Shown here: in pieces, positions 10,281 to 20,000 of the stretch | Position numbering within the stretch: the first letter of the stretch is position 1 | Layout of the letters: each line of letters opens with the position of its first letter | Source of the DNA: Saprolegnia diclina VS20 | Lineage: Eukaryota | Reading direction: 5' to 3' | DNA: 20,000 bases | Assembly: GCF_000281045.1 (NCBI RefSeq) | Contig: NW_008246150.1 | Location: 137,416-157,415, forward strand | The notes under the pieces: model-generated | What the model was told of the DNA's origin: nothing | What the model saw: only the letters and a program-made list of their open reading frames with translations | The model's database searches: none | Position numbers and translations under genes: made by a program

Positions 10281-10479
10281 CCTGCCAACCTGCCCACGGA
10301 ATCCAAAATGCAATTTGAGAGGTTCCGAGATATGCAATGTGAGAGGAAATCAAATTCCGGAATTCCGGATACGTTTTGGGACAAGATATATATGGCGCCA
10401 AATATGCAATAGCCAAGTCGAGTTGAAATCTCAACTGCACGTTCTTGAGCGACGATCGCCATGGTCATCCGACGCAACG
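10281..10479. promoter_or_regulatory. Compact putative bidirectional promoter between the RAMA-PHD gene and the ankyrin-kinase gene
   Basis: About 200 nt between divergent ATGs (10280 on minus, 10480 on plus). AT-richer than flanks, with three ATGCAAT copies and the palindrome TCCGGAATTCCGGA. Confidence 0.5.
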
Positions 10480-12893
10480 ATGGACGTGCTAACGCCCTCG
10501 ACTGGTTCGGACATCAAGCTGTTGGACGCTGTGCGCAAGAACCAGTTGACTGAGGTCGAGCAACTGCTCCCAGAGTTGATAATTTCCGGATACGAGTGCG
10601 AAGGATCAATGAACCGGATACAATGGACTTGATACTTATCAACAACTACCTTGTTCGAGTCATTTGCCGTCGCATTCTGCGAGTCGCGACGCATTGGGCA
10701 GTTGGATTGATGGTGCGTCGCATCGTTGAGTAGCAACCCGCTAACGCTGTCGTTTGCTTGCATCAGGACGACACGTTGTTGTACGCGGCGCGCGACAAGC
10801 AAGCCCGCTGGCTCAAACGAGGTGGCAAGATCAACAGCACCGACAAGGTAGGTCCATTCCGCTGCTTGCTCTTGCGGTACGAACTCTCGCCTAGGACGGA
10901 CGAACGCTTCTGTACAAAGCGGCTCAAAAAGGCCTTTACGACACCGCCAAGTTCCTTCTTGAGAACAAAGCCAATGTCCACCAAGCCAAGAGCGTACCTC
11001 CTGGATACGTGGGCACAAGCGAACTGCGTTGCCCTTATAGGACGGGTCGACACCGTTGCACGTGGCGTGTCGAGAAGGACACGTCAAGATCGTCGAGTTG
11101 CTTCTCAAGTACAAAGCCGACACGAGCGTAGCCATGAACGTACGTTATCCAACGCAGGACGCTCCCATGGCTCAATCACTCTCCTCCTCCGTAGGAAGGC
11201 ACCGTACCGCTCTACGCTGCGAGTCGAAACGGGCACCGAGCCGTCGTCAAAGCGCTTCTTGCTGCCAAAGCCGACGTCAACCACGTCGTGATCGTATGCA
11301 ATTGAACTCGGTGGGCGAGGCGGTCGCTCCACTGAATGCACGTCTCGTAGGGTGGCAAGACGGCGATGCAGGTGGCCTCGCGCAATGGTCATCGCCAAGT
11401 TGTCGAGCTGCTTCTTCGCGCAGGTGCTCGCGTCGACGAACCTCTGACGCGCGAGTACAGCTACGAGGGCCGGACCGTTCCAGTATCTATACATTTAGAG
11501 TCACACGACCATTCTTCCACTTTAGACGGGCTCGACGTCCCTCTCGGTAGCCATCATGTTCGGTCACAGCGATATCGTCGCTTTGCTTGGTCGCCCGCCC
11601 AGCGTCCCTACCCCCGCCCCGGCGCGGCCTTGCCCCCCTCTGCCCAGCGCGACAGCTCAGCGAACGTCGATGAGTCATGGACTTGTGCACGACGCAGTGC
11701 GCGGCGGTGTGACGCAGGACCTCAACAAGGCGCTGCGCGCACCAGACGTCGACCTCACTGCGCGCAACGCGGTACAATTTGCAGCTATACTCCCGCCGGA
11801 ACCACCGTGTAGAACAATGAGACGGCGCTGATCTTGGCCATCAAGCTGCACCACCGCCACTTCCCGCAACTCATCTACCATGCCATGCATCATCCTGGCA
11901 TCGTCGAGGTACGACGCAGATTCTTGTATGGAGTTGACGTAGAGATTGTGTAGGTTCCAGAACATGAGATTGAAGTCGACTATCAGCGACGACTTGGTTG
12001 TGGTGGTACCGGCTATATCAACCGCGGGCTATTTCGCGGCAAGCGCGTGGCCGTCAAGCAAGGTCGGCCGTCCGGCGCCCAAAGTCTTCGCCGAGAAATC
12101 CGCGCCATGGAAACGTACGATGACGATGCGCTGTGTTCCTTTGTCTCAAAATGCAAGTAGATGCAACTCGCCGTACTTGCTCGAGCTCATCGCAGTTTCG
12201 GGCTGGAGCACGCAACATCCCAAGCTCGTGCTCGAATACATGGACAGCGGCAACCTCCGCGAGTACCTCGACAAGAAGCGAGATGGTGAGTCCGTCTCGA
12301 TTGAGTACCAACCGGAAGATGTGGCGTGGGTGATGGCGAGTGCGCTTGCCGACTTGCACCGGAATGGCTTCGTCCACCGCGATCTCAAGAGCCTCAACGT
12401 CCTTCTCTCTTCGGAGAGTTATATCAAGGTCGCCGACTTTGGTCTCACAAGAGAGTTTGAGGAGAACATGACCACGGAGGTCGGCACCCCAGCGTGGATC
12501 GCACCGGAAGTTCTCATGTCCGGCGGCACGTACGACGCTGCAGCCGACGTTTACTCGTTTGGCGTCGTCTTGATCGAGCTCGTGACGCTTCGAGTGCCCT
12601 ACGCGGGCTTGAGTCGGTACCAAATCGCACCAGGAGTCCTCAATGGCACGCTGCGTCCGAACGACAACTTGTCCATCTTTGCTGATGTTCCCGAGTGGCT
12701 CACGCAGCTCATTGACGATTGCGTGGCGTTTGATCCGACGCGGCGCCCGACCGCCAACGCGATCCTCGACCGTCTCGCTTTGCACGGTGCCGTCGACGCA
12801 ACGTCGCCGCACGTTGTGGACCGGATGATGCCGGTACGCACCTCTTTGCTGGAAGGTTGAATGGCTCCATGTCTGCTGTAGACAATGACCTAA
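10480..12893 (+). CDS. Ankyrin-repeat tyrosine-kinase-like (TKL) Ser/Thr protein kinase; supported exons 10767-10847, 10895-10993, 11041-11139, 11195-11293, 11351-11482, 11526-11771, 11813-11908, 11954-12114, 12161-12833 (terminal 12882-12893 or read-through to 12860); 5' end uncertain
   Basis: Ankyrin repeats include DGSTPLHVACREGHVKIVELLLKYKAD and GGKTAMQVASRNGHRQVVELLLRAGA. After splicing, all kinase motifs are present: GCGGTG, VAVK, HRDLKSLN, DFG, GTPAWIAPE, DVYSFG. Confidence 0.88.
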
Positions 12894-13114
12894 GACGATG
12901 CGATGATGGCTTTCTTCAGCCAACGCACATGCTTGTGACTCTTGACCGAGCAATTTCATAACGTTCTGCGGGCACAAGAACTACTGTTTCGTGAAGTCAT
13001 GACAACCCTGCGTGTCGCAGACGTTAACTATAGTTTTGTCATTTTGGAACCGACTATATGACAAATTTGTCGATGACGTACCAAATTAGGTCCCAGGTTG
13101 GAGGCTCCGTGATG

Positions 13115-13470
13115 TTGTGAGAAGCAGCGGCATACGCTAGCATTTCGGCTTGGCCGAGTACCGTGACGTGGCACTTGCTGGCGGCAGATCGACGACGAGC
13201 GCGCCAACGTCAATCTGGACGGGGCAGGTGGTGGCAGCACGTCTGCGTCAAAGTGCGTCGCTGCCACTAAGTGCGAGGAACGATGATGGACGACAGGAGT
13301 GTTCTGTTCGCGCAAGTCCTTCAGGCGTGCCCCCGCAGGCGCACGCGCGTCTTCCTGCCCGGGTTGAGCGAGCGCTTCATACCGCCACCGCCGACGCGTT
13401 GACGTAGCACTGGCCTTCAAAGAGCATGCCACCGTCGGGCAAGAGGTCAGCGTACGCCTTGCTTCGGACA
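13115..13470 (-). pseudogene. Degenerate partial duplicate of the 5' (RAMA) part of the 7608-10280 gene
   Basis: 13345-13466 aligns with 9976-10102: RSKAYADLLPDGGMLFEGQCYVNASAVAV versus RTKTHADLLPDGGMLFEGQRYVNPSALAVA, with a 4-nt frameshifting deletion at 13380/13381. Further matches are LKDLREQ (13304-13326 vs 9858-9882), GCTGGCGGC...TCGACGACG (13177-13197 vs 9751-9771) and intronic TGTGAGAAGC (13116 vs 9566). Confidence 0.85.
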
Positions 13471-13793
13471 ACGAGTACATGTTGGAGCCAAGAACTGGCA
13501 ACAACTGCAGTTTTGATGATCGATCATGCCAAGAAGGTTCCGGGAGTCCTAACCCTTGCCCGCCTCGACCCCTCGACTACAGTATCCCAGACTGCATCGA
13601 ACATGGAGGAGCTCGCAGGATGAGCCGTCTAGACGGCATTGACTGACGAACCGATACTCTTGCATCATCTTTCGCGACTAGTTGCTGCGGTGCCAGGTCG
13701 ACTTTGGCAGGAGTCGATGACAATACTGTATTTACACGAGGTACAACTATTCTTTTAATTATAAACTAGAGTGGACATGCGACACGGTGGTTG

Positions 13794-15203
13794 TTATGCG
13801 GCCGAGCTCGACGTCGTCATGCTGTGCACGAGCGTCGCCATCTTCTTCTCGAGCTGCGACTCGAGCGCCGCACACGTCTTGTCGGCGAGCGTTCGATCCT
13901 TCTCGAGCACACTGCGCCACTGCTCCAGGAGCTCCAAGTTGCGCGCGACGATCTGCTGCGTCTTGACAATCACATTTTCCGCGCGCTTGAGCCGGCGGTC
14001 CGTCTCGCCGCCGTCGTTGAGCGTATCGGGCGTCGTCAGCAACGCGCCGGGCCGCGCGAGGTCCTTCAACGTCGTTGGAAACTTTGGCAGCTGCAGCGTC
14101 GCAAGCAGCGGCGCAAAGTCCGGGTACTTGCGCTTCGCCTCAGGCTGGATCTGAAGCGCTGCCGACTCGACGAGCCGACCGGCCTCGATCGCGAGCGGGT
14201 ACGGTCCGAGGATGAACTCCTTCATCGTGTGCGAGTACTCGTTGCCGACGATGGTCGCGAGGGCCGCGCGGAGAAGCCCAAACGCTTGGCGGTACTGCTT
14301 GTAGATATCTTCTACCTGCTTTTGGATCGCGTCGCTGGCCTTGACTTCGGAGGCGGCGACTGCAATGTGGGCCTTGAGTCGGTGGACGTCTGGTACGACA
14401 AACGCGTTGAAGACGTTGTTGAGGATGTCCCGCTTCTCCTGTTCGAGCAGCTCTTGTCGCTCCATGAGCTCGACGTCGAGGTCGTCCATGGGCACGGGCA
14501 GAAGCGACATGGACGTCGACGGCAGCTGGCCGCCGGTCGAGCGCGGCTTGAGCGACTGGATCTGCAGTTCCGTGAGGCTCATGGACCGGCGCTCGAGCTT
14601 GTGCAACGTGTTGTCGGCGGCCTCGGCGTCGCTGAGCTGCTTGCAGAGCTTGAGCCGGAGCTTCTCCATGCGCTTCTCCTTGTTGAAGCCAAAGAAGCGC
14701 CGAAGCGCCGAGTTTTCTATCTTCTCCATCTTGGCGAGCAGCTCGGCTTGCGTCGCGCGCTTCTCGATGCAGTCCTTCCGAGCCTTCTCGAGCTCCTTTG
14801 AGAGCGCGACCCACTCTTCTTCGTACGGCGCGGGGATGTCAATCTTGCCGCCACGCGTCGACGGGAAGAGGCCCGTGCTGCGCTGGCTCGAGAAGAGCGT
14901 TCCGCGCGTCGTGCCGGTCGGCGTCGTCGCGCTCGCGCTCGGGCCACGGAAGCTCGTGTTGAAGCCGCGCGAGCTGCCATAGTTGGAGGGCACGCGCGCG
15001 CTAAAGACACCGCGCGACGAGCCGCCGGCCTTGGTCGACTCGAGGTTGTCCCAGCTGTGGTTGCGCTGGCGGCTCCGCTGGAGGCGCGCCATCTGCTCGA
15101 GCTCCATGTTGAGGCGCTCGTAGCGCGCGAGGAGGTTCTGGTCGATCTCGTACTCCTCCGAGACGCTCACGGAGCGGCCGAGGGTCGTCGTCGTCGGGGC
15201 CAT
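13794..15203 (-). CDS. Hypothetical coiled-coil protein, 469 aa, intronless
   Basis: Long uninterrupted ORF with strong GC3 bias. Ser/Gly/Thr-rich N-terminal linker followed by helical, heptad-like segments (LSKELEKARKDCIEKRATQAELLAKMEK). Upstream Inr-like context and an AT-rich 3' flank at ~13730-13770. Confidence 0.85.
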   Translation of the reverse strand: MAPTTTTLGRSVSVSEEYEIDQNLLARYERLNMELEQMARLQRSRQRNHSWDNLESTKAGGSSRGVFSARVPSNYGSSRGFNTSFRGPSASATTPTGTTRGTLFSSQRSTGLFPSTRGGKIDIPAPYEEEWVALSKELEKARKDCIEKRATQAELLAKMEKIENSALRRFFGFNKEKRMEKLRLKLCKQLSDAEAADNTLHKLERRSMSLTELQIQSLKPRSTGGQLPSTSMSLLPVPMDDLDVELMERQELLEQEKRDILNNVFNAFVVPDVHRLKAHIAVAASEVKASDAIQKQVEDIYKQYRQAFGLLRAALATIVGNEYSHTMKEFILGPYPLAIEAGRLVESAALQIQPEAKRKYPDFAPLLATLQLPKFPTTLKDLARPGALLTTPDTLNDGGETDRRLKRAENVIVKTQQIVARNLELLEQWRSVLEKDRTLADKTCAALESQLEKKMATLVHSMTTSSSAA

Positions 15204-16386
15204 CTTGCGCGGAGGCGATACTTGCTACACTGGATCGTCGGCCGCAAGCAGCGGCTTCTGCCCGCCATCTGCCTCCTCTCGGTATTGTATTATCTTCATG
15301 TTTGTATGCCGCGCACCTCATTTTAATGTGGCATGTCACTGGGCGTAATGGGCGTGGCTTTTTTTTGGCGCCGCATACAAATTCCAAGTGCAAGTGGCAG
15401 GGCGCAAGGCCATTGGCTGTCGCCGCCGACAGCATTACTGCCCATATGTATACAAACTTCAAGTGCTTTGCATACCGACGAACTTCTAGCAGGAGGTCCT
15501 ACAGCGCGACGAGACCACCGCACCAACTCCGCACCAACTCCGCCACGACTACGACGACGGTCTTGTCCCATGCACCGCCAGGAGCTATCTTCCGGTAGCT
15601 GTAGAAGAGCTTGGACGAGGACCAATGGAGCAGTATAGAGTCTGAGTTGCGTAGGATACACTGGACAGAGGACAGACGATGCGAGTGAGATCGGCCGTGT
15701 GTTGCTGCTGTGGACACGACCGCGGACCGCTTCTTTACGATGCCAATCAGCGCAGGAGGCAACAATAGACTACTAGTGCTTGACCTGTTCTGCAAGAGAA
15801 TGCTATTGCGATCGTCGGGCGGCGGTTGGCGGCGACTCAGGAGGTCCAAGGAACAGGCGTGGAAGAGGCAAGGCGGTGGTGTGGACTGCACGTCCAAGCA
15901 GCACGACGACTGCGATGGTCGGAGGAGATGCGTCATTGCTCACACCACGATCTCGCCGGGCACACGCTGGAACGACGATAGTGGAGTCAGTCACCCATAG
16001 CTCATACCAGCGCATCGCATCAGCGTTGATATACCGCGTCGTTCCTCTGCGACTTGTTGCTGCTGTCGTTGGGCAGCCAAATGAATTGCTGGCTTGTCCC
16101 TGGGCTTGTCCAAATCGAAAATCATCCAAGACACCTTGGAGGAGGCAGGAGGTCCTGCAGCATCTCGTCGTCGTCGTCGACTCTGTCGCCTGTCGGTTAG
16201 TGATCCCAAGATGCGCCACGTGCGCGATGCTGCATCGCCGACGCGCCGCCGACCATCCACTACGATCGATACAGTAGGTGCGGCGTCCTACACTGTACTG
16301 TTCTAGACGATGGGGTCGCAACTGCGGCAGCGGCTTCAATACGGGTACCCGTCGCGTTGGCGCCAAAAATGCGCAAATTCCGAGTG

Positions 16387-18864
16387 TTATTTTTTGGCTT
16401 TCGGTGGCTTTTTTGTCCGCCGCAACTTTTCATAGAACGAAGCCAGTCCCGTGGTTGGCACGGATGTCGTGTCGTCGTCTTCCGGGTACGACGGCGCGTC
16501 ACTTGTCGACGCGCTGTTGTCAGGCAGGATCTTGGCCGACCGCATCTTTTCGAGCATCGACGTGCGCTCCATGCACTCGCGGTGCACGGTTTGCTGCAAG
16601 AGCGCAATTTCCTAGTTCATTTCATAGTATAACTATACCATTCGAAGCGTGTGTACCTGGTCTTTCTGAGATAAGAGCTCGGTGAGTCGCTGGACATTGC
16701 CGGACGACTCTTGGTTTGACGGACTCTTGTCGACTTTCGGAGATGATTTGGCGTGACGGGGAGCCGACCGCGCGTCTTGAAGCGCCGCCTCGAGCTGCTC
16801 GACAGTGCGCTTGTACTGCTGAATGTCGGCTTGGAGTCGCTGAATCGAGATCTCTTTTTCTTGGAGCGACGTGGCCGCATTCTTGTCCAGCGCTATTTGC
16901 TTGCGTTCGAGGGCCTGCTGCAGACCGTCGCGCTCCTGGAGCGCTATATTCTACAACACCATCTTTCAATTTCGCTGGTGGATAAATTGATACAAAAGAA
17001 CTCACCTTTTCGCCTTCGAGATCGCGGAGTTTGCGCTCGAGCGCCGACAGAGACGACTTGACGTGTTGGTGGCCCATCTTGGTACTCTACCGGTTGACAT
17101 ATTGATACTTTTCGTTGCGATTTTGAATGGAATACTTGAAGCTCTTCCATGTAGCTGGCCGCGCGCTGCTTGGCGTCCTTGAGCGCGCGATCGCAATCGT
17201 CGGCCTACGCGGATTCGATTGCAGAGACTGCCACGTCATAATATGAGACAGGCGCACTTTTTTCTCAGCGATCGACGTGGCCAGTTTGATATGCCGCACG
17301 TGGTCGTGGAGCTGCTGCAGTTCGAGACCGAGCCGGTCGATCTCTTCCTTGGCAGAGGTTGCTGCTGCGTCCAGCTACCCAGAGTTGAGTTATGACCAGA
17401 CAGGATGGCATTTCCTACTGCAATAGCGTGGTTGGACTTCAGCTCGGCGATTTCTTTGGACCACTCGAGCTTGACCCTGTCCATCGCTGCCTTGTGCTCG
17501 GCTGCATGGCTCGACAGTGTCCTTGCTTGCTCGTCGATCGTACTTTGTAGACCTCTAATTTGTCCCTAGCATCCCATTCCCTCCAACTCCCGTAACCACA
17601 AAGGAGACAGTACCTTGACTTCCTGAAGTCGGTCGTCGGCTGATGCAATCTCTTGCTTGAGCGTTGTGCGCTCGGCCAACAAAAGCACCTTGTTCTTCTC
17701 GAGCGCAGTCGCCTGGTGCTTCCACTTTGCAATGTCCTCATGTAGTTGTCGGACGTCGGCACGCTCGACCTCGGCTTCGGCCACCGTCCGTGACGCCGCC
17801 GCGTGGGCTTGCACCAGCTAATTTCTCTCAATATGAAATCTCGTCCGACAGAAGAGTAGACAAATGTACTTGGTCTTGGACCATGTGCAGCTGTGCTTTG
17901 GTCTGCGCGAGCTCGGCTTGCACGGCGGCAAGCGATTCATGTGTCGCCGCTTCGACGTGTTGGAGTTCGTGTTTAGCCGTGGCGGCGGCCAACGCGTAGC
18001 CGTCGACGCGTGCTTGTAGCTGCGCGCTCGTTGCTAGCGCCGCTCGCAGCTCGTCGTCTTGTGTGGCAATGACGCCTTCGAGTCGAGCGATCTCGGCGTC
18101 CGCCTTGAGCTTGTGGCTTGCGAGCGTCGACTTGGCCGTGTCGATTTGCGCCATTAGCGTCGCCTTTTCCTGTTGCCACGTCATTTGGCTCGACTCGTGA
18201 AGATGCGCTGCATCCCGGAGCGCCTCCACCATCTAATACAGACAACGCATGGGACGAATATCCCAAGTCATGGGAGCGACGCAACCTGCTGTTCAAGGCG
18301 AGCAATGTCTTGGGTCTTGAGATCGACTTGCTTTTCTGCGGCACCAACCCGCCGGTTGGCTTCGTCCAAAATCAAATTCCGCTGGGTCGTCAACTCCGCC
18401 TCTGCACCGCGAAGCGACGCGTGCGCCACCGAGAGCTGCTGCTGAAGGTCCTTCTTCTCTTGCATGTGCTTCTGTTCTACGGCAAGAAACCCTTGTAGTT
18501 GAGACGTGATGGCCACGACTGTCGCCGCATGCTCGTGCTGGAACGCAAGCATCTCGGCTTTCATGGTCTGTTGCTGCGTCTTGGCCACTCGCATCCATTG
18601 CACAATCGACTACAAACTCTGAATAAGATCTGAGATACGGACAGCGCCGACCTCGAACTGCCGCCGGTAGACCTTGGCGGTTTGCTGCAGCTCTTGGACT
18701 TCGGCAAATACAAAGTAGCTGACGCCGCAAAACGTGCAGGCCGTGTCGGCTTCGTCCATCTTTTGCACGGCGACCGGCAGCTTTTGCCGCGTCGGGCCAT
18801 TGTACAGCTCGTCCTTGGTCGGGTCGCGGAGGATCTCATGCGGCTGCAATCGAAAGCCCGACAT
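16387..18864 (-). CDS. LEKR1: LEKR1-like (leucine-, glutamate- and lysine-rich) multi-exon coiled-coil protein
   Basis: The N-terminal LPVAVQKMDEADTACTFCGVSYFVFAEVQEL resembles, from recall, the LEKR1 N-terminal motif (LPxEIQKMxxxExVCxYCGVSYLxLHE). The C-terminal LQQTVHRECMER resembles LEKR1 LQETVRRECEER. Coiled-coil exons between them are separated by short GT-AG introns (e.g. 18651-18610); internal boundaries are not all resolved. Confidence 0.75.
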
Positions 18865-19022
18865 GCTCAAGTGATTGTATTTATAGCCATTTGAGGTTCT
18901 GGGACTAGGGTTAGGGTTCTATCCGCCGTCGCTTTTTCACGATGTATTCTGTCACCGATGCGATAGTCCAATCATGATGCCATCAACCACAGCACCATGG
19001 ATCTCTAGAGGTGCTTAGCGCG

Positions 19023-20000
19023 TTAGCTAGCGGCCTGCGTGCCGTACGACTGAATATGCGGTCGGTCGAGGAGCTCTTGGCGCTCGGTCGCGTCAAGCGG
19101 CGTAGGCACTGCCGTCATCGAGGCCAGAGGAGCCATGTCTCGCCCATGGAGGTGCCCACAGTGCTTCGTAAAGTCGACGTAGACGAGCATTGCAGCGAGT
19201 CCCATGCCGAGCAGCGCCAGGCCCATGAAGAGGACGTTGAGGTACGGCTGGTACACGTGCAGGATGCTGTACTCGACGACCACAAACATCGGTACGATTG
19301 CCAACCCGACATTCTAACGACAATTGTGTGCACACTCGTGTCAAGAGGAATACCGACACAAAGGACGTACCAGAAAGGCCGAGGCAACGCCGTACGCTGT
19401 GCCCACGTGATGCGGCTCGACACAGCCTACAACAATGAGGTTTGGAGATAACTATGATGCCGAGAGCTTACACGAGAGAGCAGGCCACATGGCTGCGGAG
19501 AAGATGGAGAGCGCCGCCGCTTGCAGCACGACAGGAACGTACAGCGAAACGCTGGTGAATCCGAGGAGCGTCTGTGCGAGTAAGCACGCGGCCATACTTC
19601 CGAGCGCAATGAACGTGCGGTACCCGACCTTGTCGACGAGGTAGCCAAAGAGCGGGGCCGACACGGCGATGGCGAACGGACCGACGCTCAAGGGCCCGGC
19701 CGCGGCTTGTTCGGCCGAGTACTTGGCCGCGCAATAGGCTTGTGTCGATGGCCCGTGCTTCCACACATCGCTGTCGCAGTTGATATCGACGGCCGAGACG
19801 TATGGCGGAATCTGGCGACAGCTTGCTTGGTCGGTGGCCTCCATGCACGAGAGCGAGAGGAGCGGCAGCGGGTGTGCGAATGGCGGCGACGGCGGACAGG
19901 CCGGCGGCAAACTCGAGCAGTTGTTGTCGCCAGCGTACGCGCCGAGGCCGCAACGCTTGCACTCGGTCGGGAGGGCCTTGTAGTAGTCGCGCTCCATAAA
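19023..20000 (-). CDS. MFS transporter, MFSD1-like (3' part; continues beyond the window); introns approx 19471-19427 and 19370-19314
   Basis: MFS motif A-like segment APLFGYLVDKVGYR. Hydrophobic helices and the spliced WPALSCCVEPHHVGTAYGVASAFLNVGLAIVPM are typical of the MFSD1 C-terminal half. Stop at 19023. Confidence 0.82.

Noticed and set aside
12054..12977. 307-aa antisense ORF over the kinase domain
   Set aside because: Shadow of the kinase coding strand.
13000..13002. TGA at a Cys-like position read as selenocysteine
   Set aside because: No SECIS-like structure recognised and no evidence the segment is translated. Simple decay is more parsimonious.
13028..13504. 158-aa ORF as an intact gene
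   Set aside because: The RAMA-homologous part is in a different frame and only LKDLREQ is in this frame. A frameshifted pseudogene explains it better.
13791..14982. Long plus-strand ORFs (336 aa, 213 aa) opposite the 469-aa gene
   Set aside because: Antisense shadows with Arg/Leu- or Ser-rich composition typical of off-frame GC-rich sequence.
1..20000. Prokaryotic operon, defence system, rRNA/tRNA or intact transposon
   Set aside because: Genes are interrupted by spliceosomal introns. I recognised no transposase or RT motifs, terminal repeats or structured RNA genes.

Overview
Gene-dense eukaryotic DNA, GC-rich in coding regions, with many very short GT-AG introns (~41-57 nt) and oomycete-type TCATTY initiator elements. 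It most likely comes from a Saprolegniales oomycete (Saprolegnia/Achlya-like); this is an inference. Genes reconstructed by hand, in order: a possible small ORF; an intronless alternative oxidase; a secreted type I membrane protein with endolysosomal sorting motifs; a cyclic-nucleotide-binding-domain protein; a low-complexity hypothetical protein; a 9-exon minus-strand gene encoding a RAMA domain, a PHD finger, a coiled coil and a terminal SIM-like motif; an ankyrin-repeat TKL kinase; a decayed second copy of the RAMA gene's 5' part; a 469-aa coiled-coil protein; a LEKR1-like protein; and the 3' part of an MFSD1-like MFS transporter. The most interesting item is the RAMA-PHD protein, a candidate dual reader of DNA N6-methyladenine and histone tails that is only visible after splicing. 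Its degenerate duplicate lies on the far side of the kinase gene.
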